Below are positions 8,901-15,906 of a DNA stretch of 24,000 nt, one piece after another. The notes below the pieces were generated by a model that had not been told where the DNA came from, ran no database searches, and was given only the letters and a program-made list of their open reading frames with translations. The stretch's first letter is position 1. The number at the start of each line of letters is the position of its first letter. This DNA comes from Acaryochloris marina S15. GTDB taxonomy: Bacteria; Cyanobacteriota; Cyanobacteriia; Thermosynechococcales; Thermosynechococcaceae. The DNA is taken from positions 2,380,701-2,404,700 of the forward strand of contig NZ_CP064923.1 of NCBI RefSeq assembly GCF_018336915.1. The letters run 5' to 3'. Both the position numbers and the translations under genes were made by a program.

Positions 8901-10252
8901 GCCTCAAGTGAAGTTTGGATTGGAACGGGTTGGGACTCGGGAGGTTGAACGTTAGATACTGGTTTTTCCTGAACAGGTTTAGAAGAAATAACTGGTTTTT
9001 GACTAGACAGTGGAGATGCTTTTGGGGCAGCTTCTTCTTTACTTTGGACAACCTGGGTGTTTTGAGTAGATAGAGCTAATGAATGGTCAGGGGCAGAAGA
9101 GACTTTTGGGAGGTTTGGTTGAATGGGGGTAGAGACTTCTGATGCTTCAGTTGGAGATGAATCAGAATTTGTAGAATTGGCAAGAGGTGAAGGGTCTAGG
9201 CTAGAAGATGTTACGTCTGAGTCTAGAGGAGTGGCCTGTTCTTGAGACTTAGGGAGACTCTCTTGGATTGCGGAGGGCTCGGAATTTGCCTTGATTTCTG
9301 GTAAATCCTGGCGTTTAGTCTGAAGGGGCGGCACATCTGTTGGGTGGGAAGAAGCACTCACCTCAGGAGATATCGCTTTGGATGAGGGATGTGCGATTGG
9401 TTTCTGGGGCGTTTGTTCAGGCTGGGGGTTGAACTCAGTACTGGGTTTGCCGGCAACCCCCTCTGATGATGTCTGAAGTCCCGGTGTGTTGTCTATTGGG
9501 GAGGAAGCAGGGGAATGTGCTGACTCTTGAGCATGGGATTCATGGGATGGCGGGCTAAGTTTAGAAGTCCTGACCAGCTTAGGTTGAAGTATTGTGTCAG
9601 GACTGCTTTGATCTTGAGCAATCTGTTTTTCTGATTCAACCTGCTCAGAATGAGGGACTAAAGACTGGGTAGAGATCTGATACTGCACAGGCTGAATAGA
9701 AGGGGCTGCAGCTTGGGTCGGGGCAGCATTAAGGACTGCATTAGTCTCACTGGATGACGATGGTTCTACTTCTGGTGCATTGCGATGGATCTTGTTAGCA
9801 TTGCTGGGTGCTGTTGGCGGCTCCTGATGGGTTGATAATTGCTCTAATTTAGGTTGCAGATTCTCGGCAGGTGCTTTCGGAGCAAGAGTGCTAGGTTGCG
9901 CTCCAGGAAACTGGGTTACGACGGATTGAGAGATGTTGGAAGCCATTGACGACAGCTCGTCAATGGCTTCCGTTGGCACCTGGGCAGCAAAATGGGTATT
10001 TAGAAGATTTGTCCGAGCTGTTTCGGTAGGCAGGGTGGCATCCAAGCTTATTAGGGATACAGTGCCCAAGGGAGATAGGGTATGGGGTTGGAGAAAGGAT
10101 TGTCCTAGAACAGGAGGAGGTAGCAGTGGATGTTGCAGGCCGAGCGAGTCTGAGGAAGGAATCTCTTCCGGCTGGGATTGATGACCTTGACCTGAATTGA
10201 CATCCATAAACAAACGTTTTGGGTTAGTTACTGGGGTAGAATCCTCCGGCAT
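2987..10252 (-). CDS. Giant (2421 aa) low-complexity Ser/Gln/Pro/Thr/Glu-rich protein embedded in the CIS operon, function unknown
   Basis: Uninterrupted 7.3 kb ORF with a plausible ribosome site (AAAGGTAG) before ATG at 10252. It overlaps the upstream tube gene by 29 nt. Few aromatic and Cys residues, many [ILV]QR motifs, and a short charged C-terminal helix FEILAREIYHILRQRLEVERERHGGYHSGRLPW. Confidence 0.9.
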   Translation of the reverse strand: MPEDSTPVTNPKRLFMDVNSGQGHQSQPEEIPSSDSLGLQHPLLPPPVLGQSFLQPHTLSPLGTVSLISLDATLPTETARTNLLNTHFAAQVPTEAIDELSSMASNISQSVVTQFPGAQPSTLAPKAPAENLQPKLEQLSTHQEPPTAPSNANKIHRNAPEVEPSSSSETNAVLNAAPTQAAAPSIQPVQYQISTQSLVPHSEQVESEKQIAQDQSSPDTILQPKLVRTSKLSPPSHESHAQESAHSPASSPIDNTPGLQTSSEGVAGKPSTEFNPQPEQTPQKPIAHPSSKAISPEVSASSHPTDVPPLQTKRQDLPEIKANSEPSAIQESLPKSQEQATPLDSDVTSSSLDPSPLANSTNSDSSPTEASEVSTPIQPNLPKVSSAPDHSLALSTQNTQVVQSKEEAAPKASPLSSQKPVISSKPVQEKPVSNVQPPESQPVPIQTSLEATAQDIELTTPPTEQATDITTDLPAKRTIQSSPISPNELQTSRSQASLANSKVEANPSHSIDRGSSIETPVTPSPKPKTNETPIKTTIVQTVTPASPQQSPDDESLLLKNSEPPSSTAKTSDSSTETTTIQNSESSAVQQSSTDHPQIPKVETNRINPSNNLPSVESPSIPSTSEKIDGEAVQSTAIQRADDLTPQASTKAPEKKQTKQSKKSKQKKLPLQAQLSRMGKRAQQDINKVGIQLKQASQSLPVGKSRAKANEVQKSTNDSPPLSNAPLLQAKSSPDSKQSSSEVSLVQTGTKAVEKAPSQELSQEKLLSVNTENADYEENSPTVQAIPESIDLPQEHSPSTPLQTKSLGMSEPTIHQDKHPNSIAGPNEGTESTSDSKASRPDQIKSESSTPEGSADQQKPTSSSDVTSNAESSSSRSKAKTRGPFPVQPLQRLTRFSQQVMDTVSRQLEPQPNEESNPLQRQQQFLSKNSEQNRKDQTINPVSPQKSVGEDTSPSQGSGGKAVDKNAVTSIQSDIQAKPFSPNTVPDTAIHSKSKLSSNEQEHPKNQSGRLTDVTADENLQTQELPTVQKAEASQSSIPTPLPSEQVDFPTPNSIEESSPREGHNPALVAQGEAQPNAAQPGWQTTQNQFADRITNLGSEIKERVDRSIRKQSSRRQLPQSIQCQEAGSVEPATSSEVAQKNISLQSADVPELNRDNIQASAEPSSDKVYGNEQPLLTDSVQLTSTSNPATESLVQTDVNPAIPPSPAKDTNNPPESTTEPIIQASSVDKAKTPQPPKDSGQNEPALPSGNEDSIQRTPDSSEITSTSSEQPITDVSSRGSENRGSTPKSSQSRNLSLNSHISKIGTTIVQQLANLRPKKTKSKRQTNKQNLASSPAKISSENTGADTTLRPTLLTEQEETSPSTHQSNPLERPNVPTQSSPTTGHTAVVQRQHDTGDGSEAASTRAPIVSDQPSRNTPHSSIQPSEVPSPLADSSIKRHSSTAEIIQKQPIPAEEINSKPLDSESSSSFSEPNLQHRTELSSLPTSDSIQLSPQKNSITQSEAINQATSIPSTNNSIQRQDVTHQQSSQLDNADDRIKQSKAAIPPSSHSLSQAELSLQESTDSDENSEVSNTSDPDNLLQRQTIQEQSQPDIPNAPTPNFLDQHVLETESHPPERPPISEVSVQTKVEQPSITSQTQQQLPAGSDLSIQEFSEEQVQLSKKSKQSDDRESPKVVIEVNLSEATSQNLDSTNINTSQSPKQDDNVSNSASPTIQANVNPPKETVSDQSLSESDLKVNAPDHTAIAATQNAKILESQENNVPQAPSNTSDTASIAETGNIVQRKIETQSNSDQPLVARRKDVSDASKPLHAQAKAPETPVLDKTSAQTEPNTEISKLLSKQTSTVPIQAVEISVVQPAVEAQLQKGSNGQSYDNCDRIQESPPDTRDILSIQPTPDSQPSQSIDQPEQQQATPNSHISPTVDTSPPNNLPEATIEPAIQASSIEQSHDSNTALTDISDASEIIQSAHQPSTISKTKIGSDLPTPTTRSDQATPAPLAKPSISDTKTPDLQQLPTENIADSSPQKVESIQSQPDKVESLHRRVIEITAQRPDGSIENANLPSQDISSSPSSDLNENQILQKNSESHSSQVETEFDPAHTEISSNIVQKSEVAEPPQVTPDSKIQISDADRSDSSLASTQPLSSPPIKPTIQHQDPSGGTLDALKIDQINAQPDSTDLRQRRVIEIAAQPPELELPQENSPDLTVAQLLATGQAPSPLSSIADNFVAPKLISSLWPASQSNRQHRAQKLSHLQRPNIPLDLSPGDTALSEEDFEANTENAIAPTIQPSALPSNWSSIEDLFTVQSPSAIQRQAEPQTPVPEDTSDLVLTPTGIHPEKRVQRKTASVRRTAQTLQKALAAPPPVSSPLQTTEVVMRQSHTDTSTASKVDEQSFEILAREIYHILRQRLEVERERHGGYHSGRLPW
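3416..3425. repeat. HIP1-type palindrome TGCGATCGCA
   Basis: Exact match; further copies at 4624-4633, 10845-10854, 13391-13400, 16002-16011 and 17299-17308. Confidence 0.85.
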
Positions 10253-10796
10253 CTCTACCTTTCAAGAAGGTAGCCCCACCGCCTGCGTTACTGCTGGGCT
10301 GCAGGTTGGCAACGACCTTTAGACCTTCGTATGCCAAGGTGAGTTCTTCAATGGCAACGGTAGATGTATCCGCTTGGAGAGCTGGAGCTTGCCAAGCCAC
10401 GGGGACGGCACCAATTAAGGTCCAGGTTTGAATGGTTTCTCCTGCTTGATTGAACAAGAGGATATTGATGTTGCGACGCTGGGGATTCACATTACGATCG
10501 GTCGGTTCTAACTGGGTGAGCATACGACTGGCCCAGCCCCAAAACACTAGATCATTCGTAATCCCTCGCTTGAGGGTGACATCAGAGAATTCAGTTTGAC
10601 CGAGTATGATTCGCTGCTGGTTGTTGACGCCGCCTTCAAAGTAGGTGTCATGCTTGATTTTGGCGCTTAACCCTGAACATTCGCTAAAGCAAGCACTGAT
10701 ATAGCTCTTTTCTTGGATTTCGACATAGAAGCGATTGGCAGTGACGTAGTTAAGGTTATGGGTTTCGCTGTTGCTAGCCACTAGTGCCGCCCCCAT
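10224..10796 (-). CDS. Phage tail tube protein (T4 gp19-like; Afp1/Afp5-type CIS inner tube)
   Basis: 190 aa; NYVTANRFYVEIQEKSYISACFSECSGLSAKIKHDTYFEGGVNNQQRIILGQTEFSDVTLKRGITNDLVFWGWA... and IEELTLAYEGLKVV are typical of the gp19/TIGR02241-type tail protein family. Confidence 0.88.
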   Translation of the reverse strand: MGAALVASNSETHNLNYVTANRFYVEIQEKSYISACFSECSGLSAKIKHDTYFEGGVNNQQRIILGQTEFSDVTLKRGITNDLVFWGWASRMLTQLEPTDRNVNPQRRNINILLFNQAGETIQTWTLIGAVPVAWQAPALQADTSTVAIEELTLAYEGLKVVANLQPSSNAGGGATFLKGRDAGGFYPSN

Positions 10797-11007
10797 AGTT
10801 CCGCTCGCGCTGATTTTGCAGGTCGTTTTGCATCAGTTCATAGATGCGATCGCATAATCGAGATTGCGCCAGTGGATCTTGCAAAATCTGGGCTGCTAAT
10901 CTGAAAACCCTGTCTCGATCAGATAGATCAGACAGTCCAGGCGAGCACCCCGCTGAAGCTGAATGGATTCTCTGGTTTTCTCCTAGAGACTGATCCCCTT
11001 GGCTCAT
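10774..11007 (-). CDS. Small helical CIS-associated protein (start uncertain: ATG 11007 or 11082, or an internal non-canonical start)
   Basis: DRDRVFRLAAQILQDPLAQSRLCDRIYELMQNDLQNQRERNYGGGTSG looks like conserved coding sequence; stop codon overlaps the start of the tube gene by 23 nt, suggesting translational coupling; same strand as the cluster. Confidence 0.65.
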   Translation of the reverse strand: MSQGDQSLGENQRIHSASAGCSPGLSDLSDRDRVFRLAAQILQDPLAQSRLCDRIYELMQNDLQNQRERNYGGGTSG

Positions 11008-11887
11008 ATGGCAAGTACCTAGTAACAACTCTCCCCGCCTGCCCCACCCCGCTTCAGATAAGGGATGAGGGACCAGCCTCACTCTATGGGCCAGAAAGAG
11101 CGACCGATAGTAGCCAAAGGTCTAACTGCACCAAGCATATGGTTCTACATAGGCGCAAGCCTTCCATGAACAAAAGCTGTGATGGGTAAAAAGGTCTATT
11201 AGAGAATGGTCCTCTTCTCCACTTTGAGTAGAGGCTAAATGAAGCCGTGAACTTTTCTAAGATTTTCCATCAGTTTTATCTTGCTTCATCATTTGATTAA
11301 CAAAAGCGAAGATTTTAGTAAATATACTCAGGAATCCATAGGGTATGAAGAAACTAAATCTCAGATGAAGCTTTACCTATCGCACCTAAATGGATAGGCA
11401 AAAGTAGAAAAATTTGCTGACTGCATTCACTTTTTTTCAACCGTAAGGAGGGTCTGATATCAGCTGAGACCTCTAAAAGTGGCTTAACTTAATAATTTTT
11501 TACAGGATTAAATTTCTTCTGACAAATAAAACTTACTGGGCATCAATAATCGAGAATCGTTTTCATGTTGATGTCTTAAAAGTATGCCCAGAAAGCTTTT
11601 TGAGCTATTTGACTGTCCGTAACTTTTGCCGAAATACTCCAAACTTTTCTATCCATAAACTCGTAATTACCAAAAAAAACCTGAAATCCAGAGATTATCA
11701 AGGTTCTGACGATCTATATTTAGCGAATAGCATTTAGAATAATCCATTAAATCGACGTGGTTGCGACATTTCAGCCAGTTAGACTGTAGTTACACTCCAG
11801 ATAGAACATCAGATTTATCTGTATTTTTCTGGAACTACAGACTCGATTTTTTTGCTCACGCTTAACTGAACAAATAGGAGTCAATCA

Positions 11888-12169
11888 ATGAATAAAGGAG
11901 AACTCGTCGACGCCGTTGCTGATAAGGCAAGTGTCACGAAAAAGCAGGCAGATGCAGTTCTGACTGCCGCCCTAGAGGCCATTGTTGAATCTGTCTCGTC
12001 AGGAGAAAAAGTCACATTGGTGGGATTTGGCTCATTTGAACCTCGCGAACGCAAGGCCCGGGAAGGACGTAACCCCAAAACCGGTGCGAAAATGAAGATT
12101 CCCGCAACTAAAGTTCCAGCTTTCTCTGCAGGTAAGCTGTTTAAGGAAAAAGTTGCTCCTAAAAAGTAA
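11888..12169 (+). CDS. hup: HU family DNA-binding protein
   Basis: 93 aa MNKGELVDAVADKASVTKKQADAVLTAALEAIVESVSSGEKVTLVGFGSFEPRERKAREGRNPKTGAKMKIPATKVPAFSAGKLFKEKVA; AGGAG ribosome site upstream. Confidence 0.97.
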   Translation: MNKGELVDAVADKASVTKKQADAVLTAALEAIVESVSSGEKVTLVGFGSFEPRERKAREGRNPKTGAKMKIPATKVPAFSAGKLFKEKVAPKK

Positions 12170-12199
12170 TTCCTTAATTTTTGGTATGAGGCGTCACTT

Positions 12200-13303
12200 T
12201 TGAGTCGCCCTTTACATGGAGGCAACCTGCGGTGGGCTGCAGACATAGCAGGTTGTTCTCCCAGCTGTATTCTCGATTTCTCGGCCAGTATTAATCCGCT
12301 TGGGCCGCCTAAATCTGCAATCACAGCAATTCAAACTCATCTCGATACCCTCACGGCTTATCCAGATCCCAGCTATCAGTCCATTTGCCAGGTGTTGAGT
12401 GAGGTTCACCGGCTCCCCATTGACTGGTTCTTACCGGGAAATGGGTCAGCAGAATTACTCACTTGGGCCTGCCGTGATTTGGCTCAACTTGCATGGACTG
12501 GGGTTCTAACGCCCGCATTTGCTGACTATCAACGGGCACTGAAGGCGTTTCAAGCCCAAATTCGACCCTTACCTGTGGATCTTAGCCAGATTCACCAACA
12601 ATCTTCCAGTGATTTGATCGAGCAGGCCTTACAGGGCGCTAGTCAGTTTGCCGATTCAGCTCAAGCTGGACTGTTACTGAATAATCCCCATAATCCCACT
12701 GGAGGGCTGGTCAGCATCAGTCAAATAGAACCGTTTCTAGAGCAGTTCTCTTTGGTGGTGGTGGATGAGGCATTTATAGACTTTTTGCCTGCAAATGCTG
12801 ACTACAGCTTGATTTCTAAAGTGCAAGATTTTCCCAATCTCATTATCTTGCGCTCTCTGACCAAGTTTTATAGTTTGCCTGGGTTGCGGTTGGGATATGC
12901 CGTTGGCCACCCTGATCAGCTACAACGCTGGCAACAATGCCGCGATCCCTGGTCCGTGAACTCCCTAGCTGTGATGGCAGGGATAGCGGTACTGGAAGAT
13001 CAAGCGTTTCAAAACAAAACCTTATCGTGGTTACCCCCTGTTCGCACTGAGCTGATGCAAGGTTTGGTGGATTTGGGGGCTTATCCCCTGGAGGGGGCAG
13101 CGAATTTTCTGTTAGTACAAACGAAGGTTTCGGTGCCTATGTTGCAGGAGTTGCTTTTAAAACATCACCGTATCCTGATTCGAGATTGCCTGAGCTTTCC
13201 GGAACTGGGAGATCAGTATTTTCGAATTGCCGTGCGGACCCAAGCAGAAAATCAACGATTACTGACGGCCCTGACCGATTGCCTACCTCAGTTATCTGTT
13301 TAG
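12200..13303 (+). CDS. cobD: Threonine-phosphate decarboxylase (CobD)/histidinol-phosphate aminotransferase family PLP enzyme
   Basis: TTG start; HGGNLRWAADIAGCSPSCILDFSASINPLGPP is a CobD-type N-terminus; PLP-lysine region RSLTKFYSLPGLRLGYAVG. Confidence 0.82.
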   Translation: MSRPLHGGNLRWAADIAGCSPSCILDFSASINPLGPPKSAITAIQTHLDTLTAYPDPSYQSICQVLSEVHRLPIDWFLPGNGSAELLTWACRDLAQLAWTGVLTPAFADYQRALKAFQAQIRPLPVDLSQIHQQSSSDLIEQALQGASQFADSAQAGLLLNNPHNPTGGLVSISQIEPFLEQFSLVVVDEAFIDFLPANADYSLISKVQDFPNLIILRSLTKFYSLPGLRLGYAVGHPDQLQRWQQCRDPWSVNSLAVMAGIAVLEDQAFQNKTLSWLPPVRTELMQGLVDLGAYPLEGAANFLLVQTKVSVPMLQELLLKHHRILIRDCLSFPELGDQYFRIAVRTQAENQRLLTALTDCLPQLSV

Positions 13304-13337
13304 ATGAGAAAAGGCATGAGCGCCTTGGGAGTAGGCT

Positions 13338-14621
13338 ATGGCTGATTATGATTTGGTGGTGGTGGGCAATAATGCGGTGGCTCCCTGGGCTGCGATCGCA
13401 GCCAAAGAACGGTCGGCCCGAGTCGCTTTTATCTCTGTTTCTCCAGAACCCATCCCGTATCATCTCCTTCTGCAGCAGTGGGTACAAACCCAGCCCCCGA
13501 TGGCTTTGACCGAATGGATTGAAGCGATGACAATGCGGCTGCAGGCCTCTCGATCGCCGGCCAAATTAGCCAGTTTAGGCATTGAGCAGCTCGATGGTAT
13601 CGCTCAGTTTAGAACCAAGCCGAATTTTCAGGTGCATTGTCAGAATCGGGTATTGAAATCTCATCGGTATCTCCTCTGTCTAGATGCAGATTTATCTTCA
13701 CCAGATGTTCCAGGGCAAGCGGACTGGCTCAGTCCGGCTGATGTTCTAACTCGACTAGACGATCCAAATCAGTCCCTAACCGATCCAGTGCTGGTGGTAG
13801 GGGATGGTCCGGTAGCCGTTTCCCTGAGCCAATCCTTAGGTCGTTTGGGACATTCAGTCCACTTACTGTGTCCCCATAATCAAATTTTGCCTTGGGAAGA
13901 TGCTGAAGCAGCTTGGCGGGTGCAAGCCCACCTAGAGGCTGATCGTGTCCATATTCACTGCCACTGCCAGATCAAAGGCGTTACCCCATCATCCGGCTAT
14001 CAGGTATCGACGAATCAAGGCTTGTTGAGGGCCGGATCCTTAGTTTGGGCTGTAGAAACAACCTCAGCCATCCTGAATCCCAATCAAGTTGCTGTGGATC
14101 TCCGTCATACCTCTCAAGGCTTGTGGGTGAACCCTCAATTGCGAACCTCTCATTCCCAAGTGTATTCCTGCGGGTCGGTCCTGGGGGGATATACCCTGGC
14201 AGATATTGCTCAGTATGAAGCATCTGTAGCGGTGAACAATGCCTTGGGTGCCAGGCAGACGATCGAATATGGCACCTTACCTTGGGCTATCTCGACCATG
14301 CCAGTGTTAGCAAGGGTGGGTTTAACAGAAACTCAAGCCCAACAAGCATCCAGGCCATTTAAGAGTTTCTATCATACCTACCAACAAACTGAGCAAGGTC
14401 AGCTCCAGGACCAGACCGGCTGGTGTAAGGTCCTCATCCAAAATAATGGCCAAATACTAGGGGCTCATGTAGTGGGTGCGGGTGCGGCTGAAATAGTTCA
14501 TCTAATCGCTTTAGCCATACAAAAGAGATGCCCGATTTCAGAGCTGGTTAGCCTTGAATCTTTTAAATCTAGCTACGGCAGTATTGTGGGACACATTGCT
14601 CGGCAGTGGTGCCAAAAGTAG
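13338..14621 (+). CDS. NAD(P)/FAD-dependent oxidoreductase, disulfide-reductase fold, apparently lacking the redox cysteines and catalytic His-Glu
   Basis: N-terminal dinucleotide-binding strand VVVGNNAVAPWAA; second one around DPVLVVGDGPVAVSLSQSLGRLGHSVHLL; GSVLGGYTLADIAQYEA FAD-binding region; C-terminal dimerisation-like domain ending SFKSSYGSIVGHIARQW. Confidence 0.8.
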   Translation: MADYDLVVVGNNAVAPWAAIAAKERSARVAFISVSPEPIPYHLLLQQWVQTQPPMALTEWIEAMTMRLQASRSPAKLASLGIEQLDGIAQFRTKPNFQVHCQNRVLKSHRYLLCLDADLSSPDVPGQADWLSPADVLTRLDDPNQSLTDPVLVVGDGPVAVSLSQSLGRLGHSVHLLCPHNQILPWEDAEAAWRVQAHLEADRVHIHCHCQIKGVTPSSGYQVSTNQGLLRAGSLVWAVETTSAILNPNQVAVDLRHTSQGLWVNPQLRTSHSQVYSCGSVLGGYTLADIAQYEASVAVNNALGARQTIEYGTLPWAISTMPVLARVGLTETQAQQASRPFKSFYHTYQQTEQGQLQDQTGWCKVLIQNNGQILGAHVVGAGAAEIVHLIALAIQKRCPISELVSLESFKSSYGSIVGHIARQWCQK

Positions 14622-14643
14622 CCTTTTAGGTTTAATGCTTTAG

Positions 14644-15645
14644 CTAAACCGCTTGAGGTGCTTTGCCCATCTGTTCACGGCCATGGGGGTCAGATAAACT
14701 GGTAATATCAGGCCCTGAAGGGATAATGCCGCCAGGATTTAGGGGAAAGAGAAAACCGTAGTAACTTTGTTTGACTGCTTCTAGGTTGCAGGTGTCTGCT
14801 ACACCAGGGAGTTGGTAAAGATCACGCAAATAGGGGCCTAAATGCTGGTAGTCCTGGATTCGTCGGCGGTTGCACTTAAAAAGTCCGTAGTAGGCGACAT
14901 CGAATCGGAATAAGGTTGGGAATAGCCGCACATCCGCAAGGGTTAAGGTATCACCACAGAGATATCGTTGGTTGGCAAGGGCTGTATCGATTTCGTCTAG
15001 AACTTCAAACAGCTCGTTGCAGGCTTGATCGTAGGCCGTTTGGGTTTGGGCAAAACCACAGCGATACACACCATTATTGACGGCATGATAGATTTTCTCA
15101 TTCCACTGGTCGATGGTGGGACGCAAGGCTTCGGGGTAGAGATCTAGGTCTGGCTGTTGACCAATGTCAGTGAAGGCGGAATTAAGGTTGACAATGATCT
15201 CAGAACTTTCGTTATTGACGATCTTTTGAGTTTGAGTATCCCACAGCACTGGCACAGTGCAGCGGCCCTCATATCCAGGCTGTGCCAGAAGATAGAGATC
15301 TCTAAGGTTACGGCACCCTTGATGTTCAGAGGCAAAGACCCAGCCCCCTTCCGTATCAGAGGGTTGAACCACGACAACATCTATCACGTCTTGTAACCCT
15401 TGTAAGGCTCGAACCACTAAGGTGCGATGGGCCCAAGGACAGCCTAGCCCCACATATAGCCGATACCGTTGAGGGACCGCTGGGAAGGTATCGCTGCCAA
15501 TTTTGTCTCGGAACTGGCTCTCTGGTCGAATATAGGCACCCCCTTTACTCCGTGGGGCCATATTTGACATCATCACATTCCACATTGTGGTCCAAACAAA
15601 CTTACCCAGGCTGATGATGGCTTTGGGGGGTAGAGATTTACCCAT
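14644..15645 (-). CDS. Glutathionyl-hydroquinone reductase (Xi-class glutathione transferase, YqjG/ECM4 family)
   Basis: YVGLGCPWAHRTLVVRALQGL active-site motif (CPWAHR) and the C-terminal GST domain YLCGDTLTLADVRLFPTLFRFDVAYYGLFKCN are diagnostic. Confidence 0.93.
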   Translation of the reverse strand: MGKSLPPKAIISLGKFVWTTMWNVMMSNMAPRSKGGAYIRPESQFRDKIGSDTFPAVPQRYRLYVGLGCPWAHRTLVVRALQGLQDVIDVVVVQPSDTEGGWVFASEHQGCRNLRDLYLLAQPGYEGRCTVPVLWDTQTQKIVNNESSEIIVNLNSAFTDIGQQPDLDLYPEALRPTIDQWNEKIYHAVNNGVYRCGFAQTQTAYDQACNELFEVLDEIDTALANQRYLCGDTLTLADVRLFPTLFRFDVAYYGLFKCNRRRIQDYQHLGPYLRDLYQLPGVADTCNLEAVKQSYYGFLFPLNPGGIIPSGPDITSLSDPHGREQMGKAPQAV

Positions 15646-15906
15646 GGTCTGATCTCCTATGGATGGGTGGGCTCACGATGGGAAAAGACGGTTTTGACCT
15701 TACCTCAATAGGTCAAGACTGCATCGACTAGGGTCGATTGCCTAGAGACCTTAAGAAAGTAAAGGTGAAATGATCTTTATTTTCAAGGAGATAAACTGAT
15801 TTGTCTTCTACAGTTAAGACAGTTTCATGTTTGGCAGCTACATTCCCCAGCTTCCCACTCCAAAGGAAGCCGTTATGGCAACCTCATTGATTCAGAGGAG
15901 ATCGAA

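Noticed and set aside
3832-9200. Antisense plus-strand ORFs inside the giant gene (for example 4428..4715, 5928..6158, 5947..6207, 6999..7238, 7900..8136)
   Set aside because: Short, with no recognisable domain, and lying opposite a low-complexity gene whose skewed codon composition readily leaves antisense frames open.
1-11082. Prophage interpretation based on tail-like proteins
   Set aside because: No capsid, portal, terminase, integrase or lysis gene seen, and gene order with an Afp7-like protein and DUF4280 tip fits an eCIS. Not fully excluded until the left flank is seen.
12185-12210. Hairpin-like GGCGTCACTTTTGAGTCGCC downstream of HU
   Set aside because: Stem has two mismatches, it is not followed by a clean T-run, and it overlaps the probable TTG start of the next gene; too weak to call a terminator.
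11881-12324. 147-aa ORF antisense to HU
   Set aside because: Fully overlaps the unmistakable HU gene on the other strand; sequence looks like reverse translation of it with no domain.
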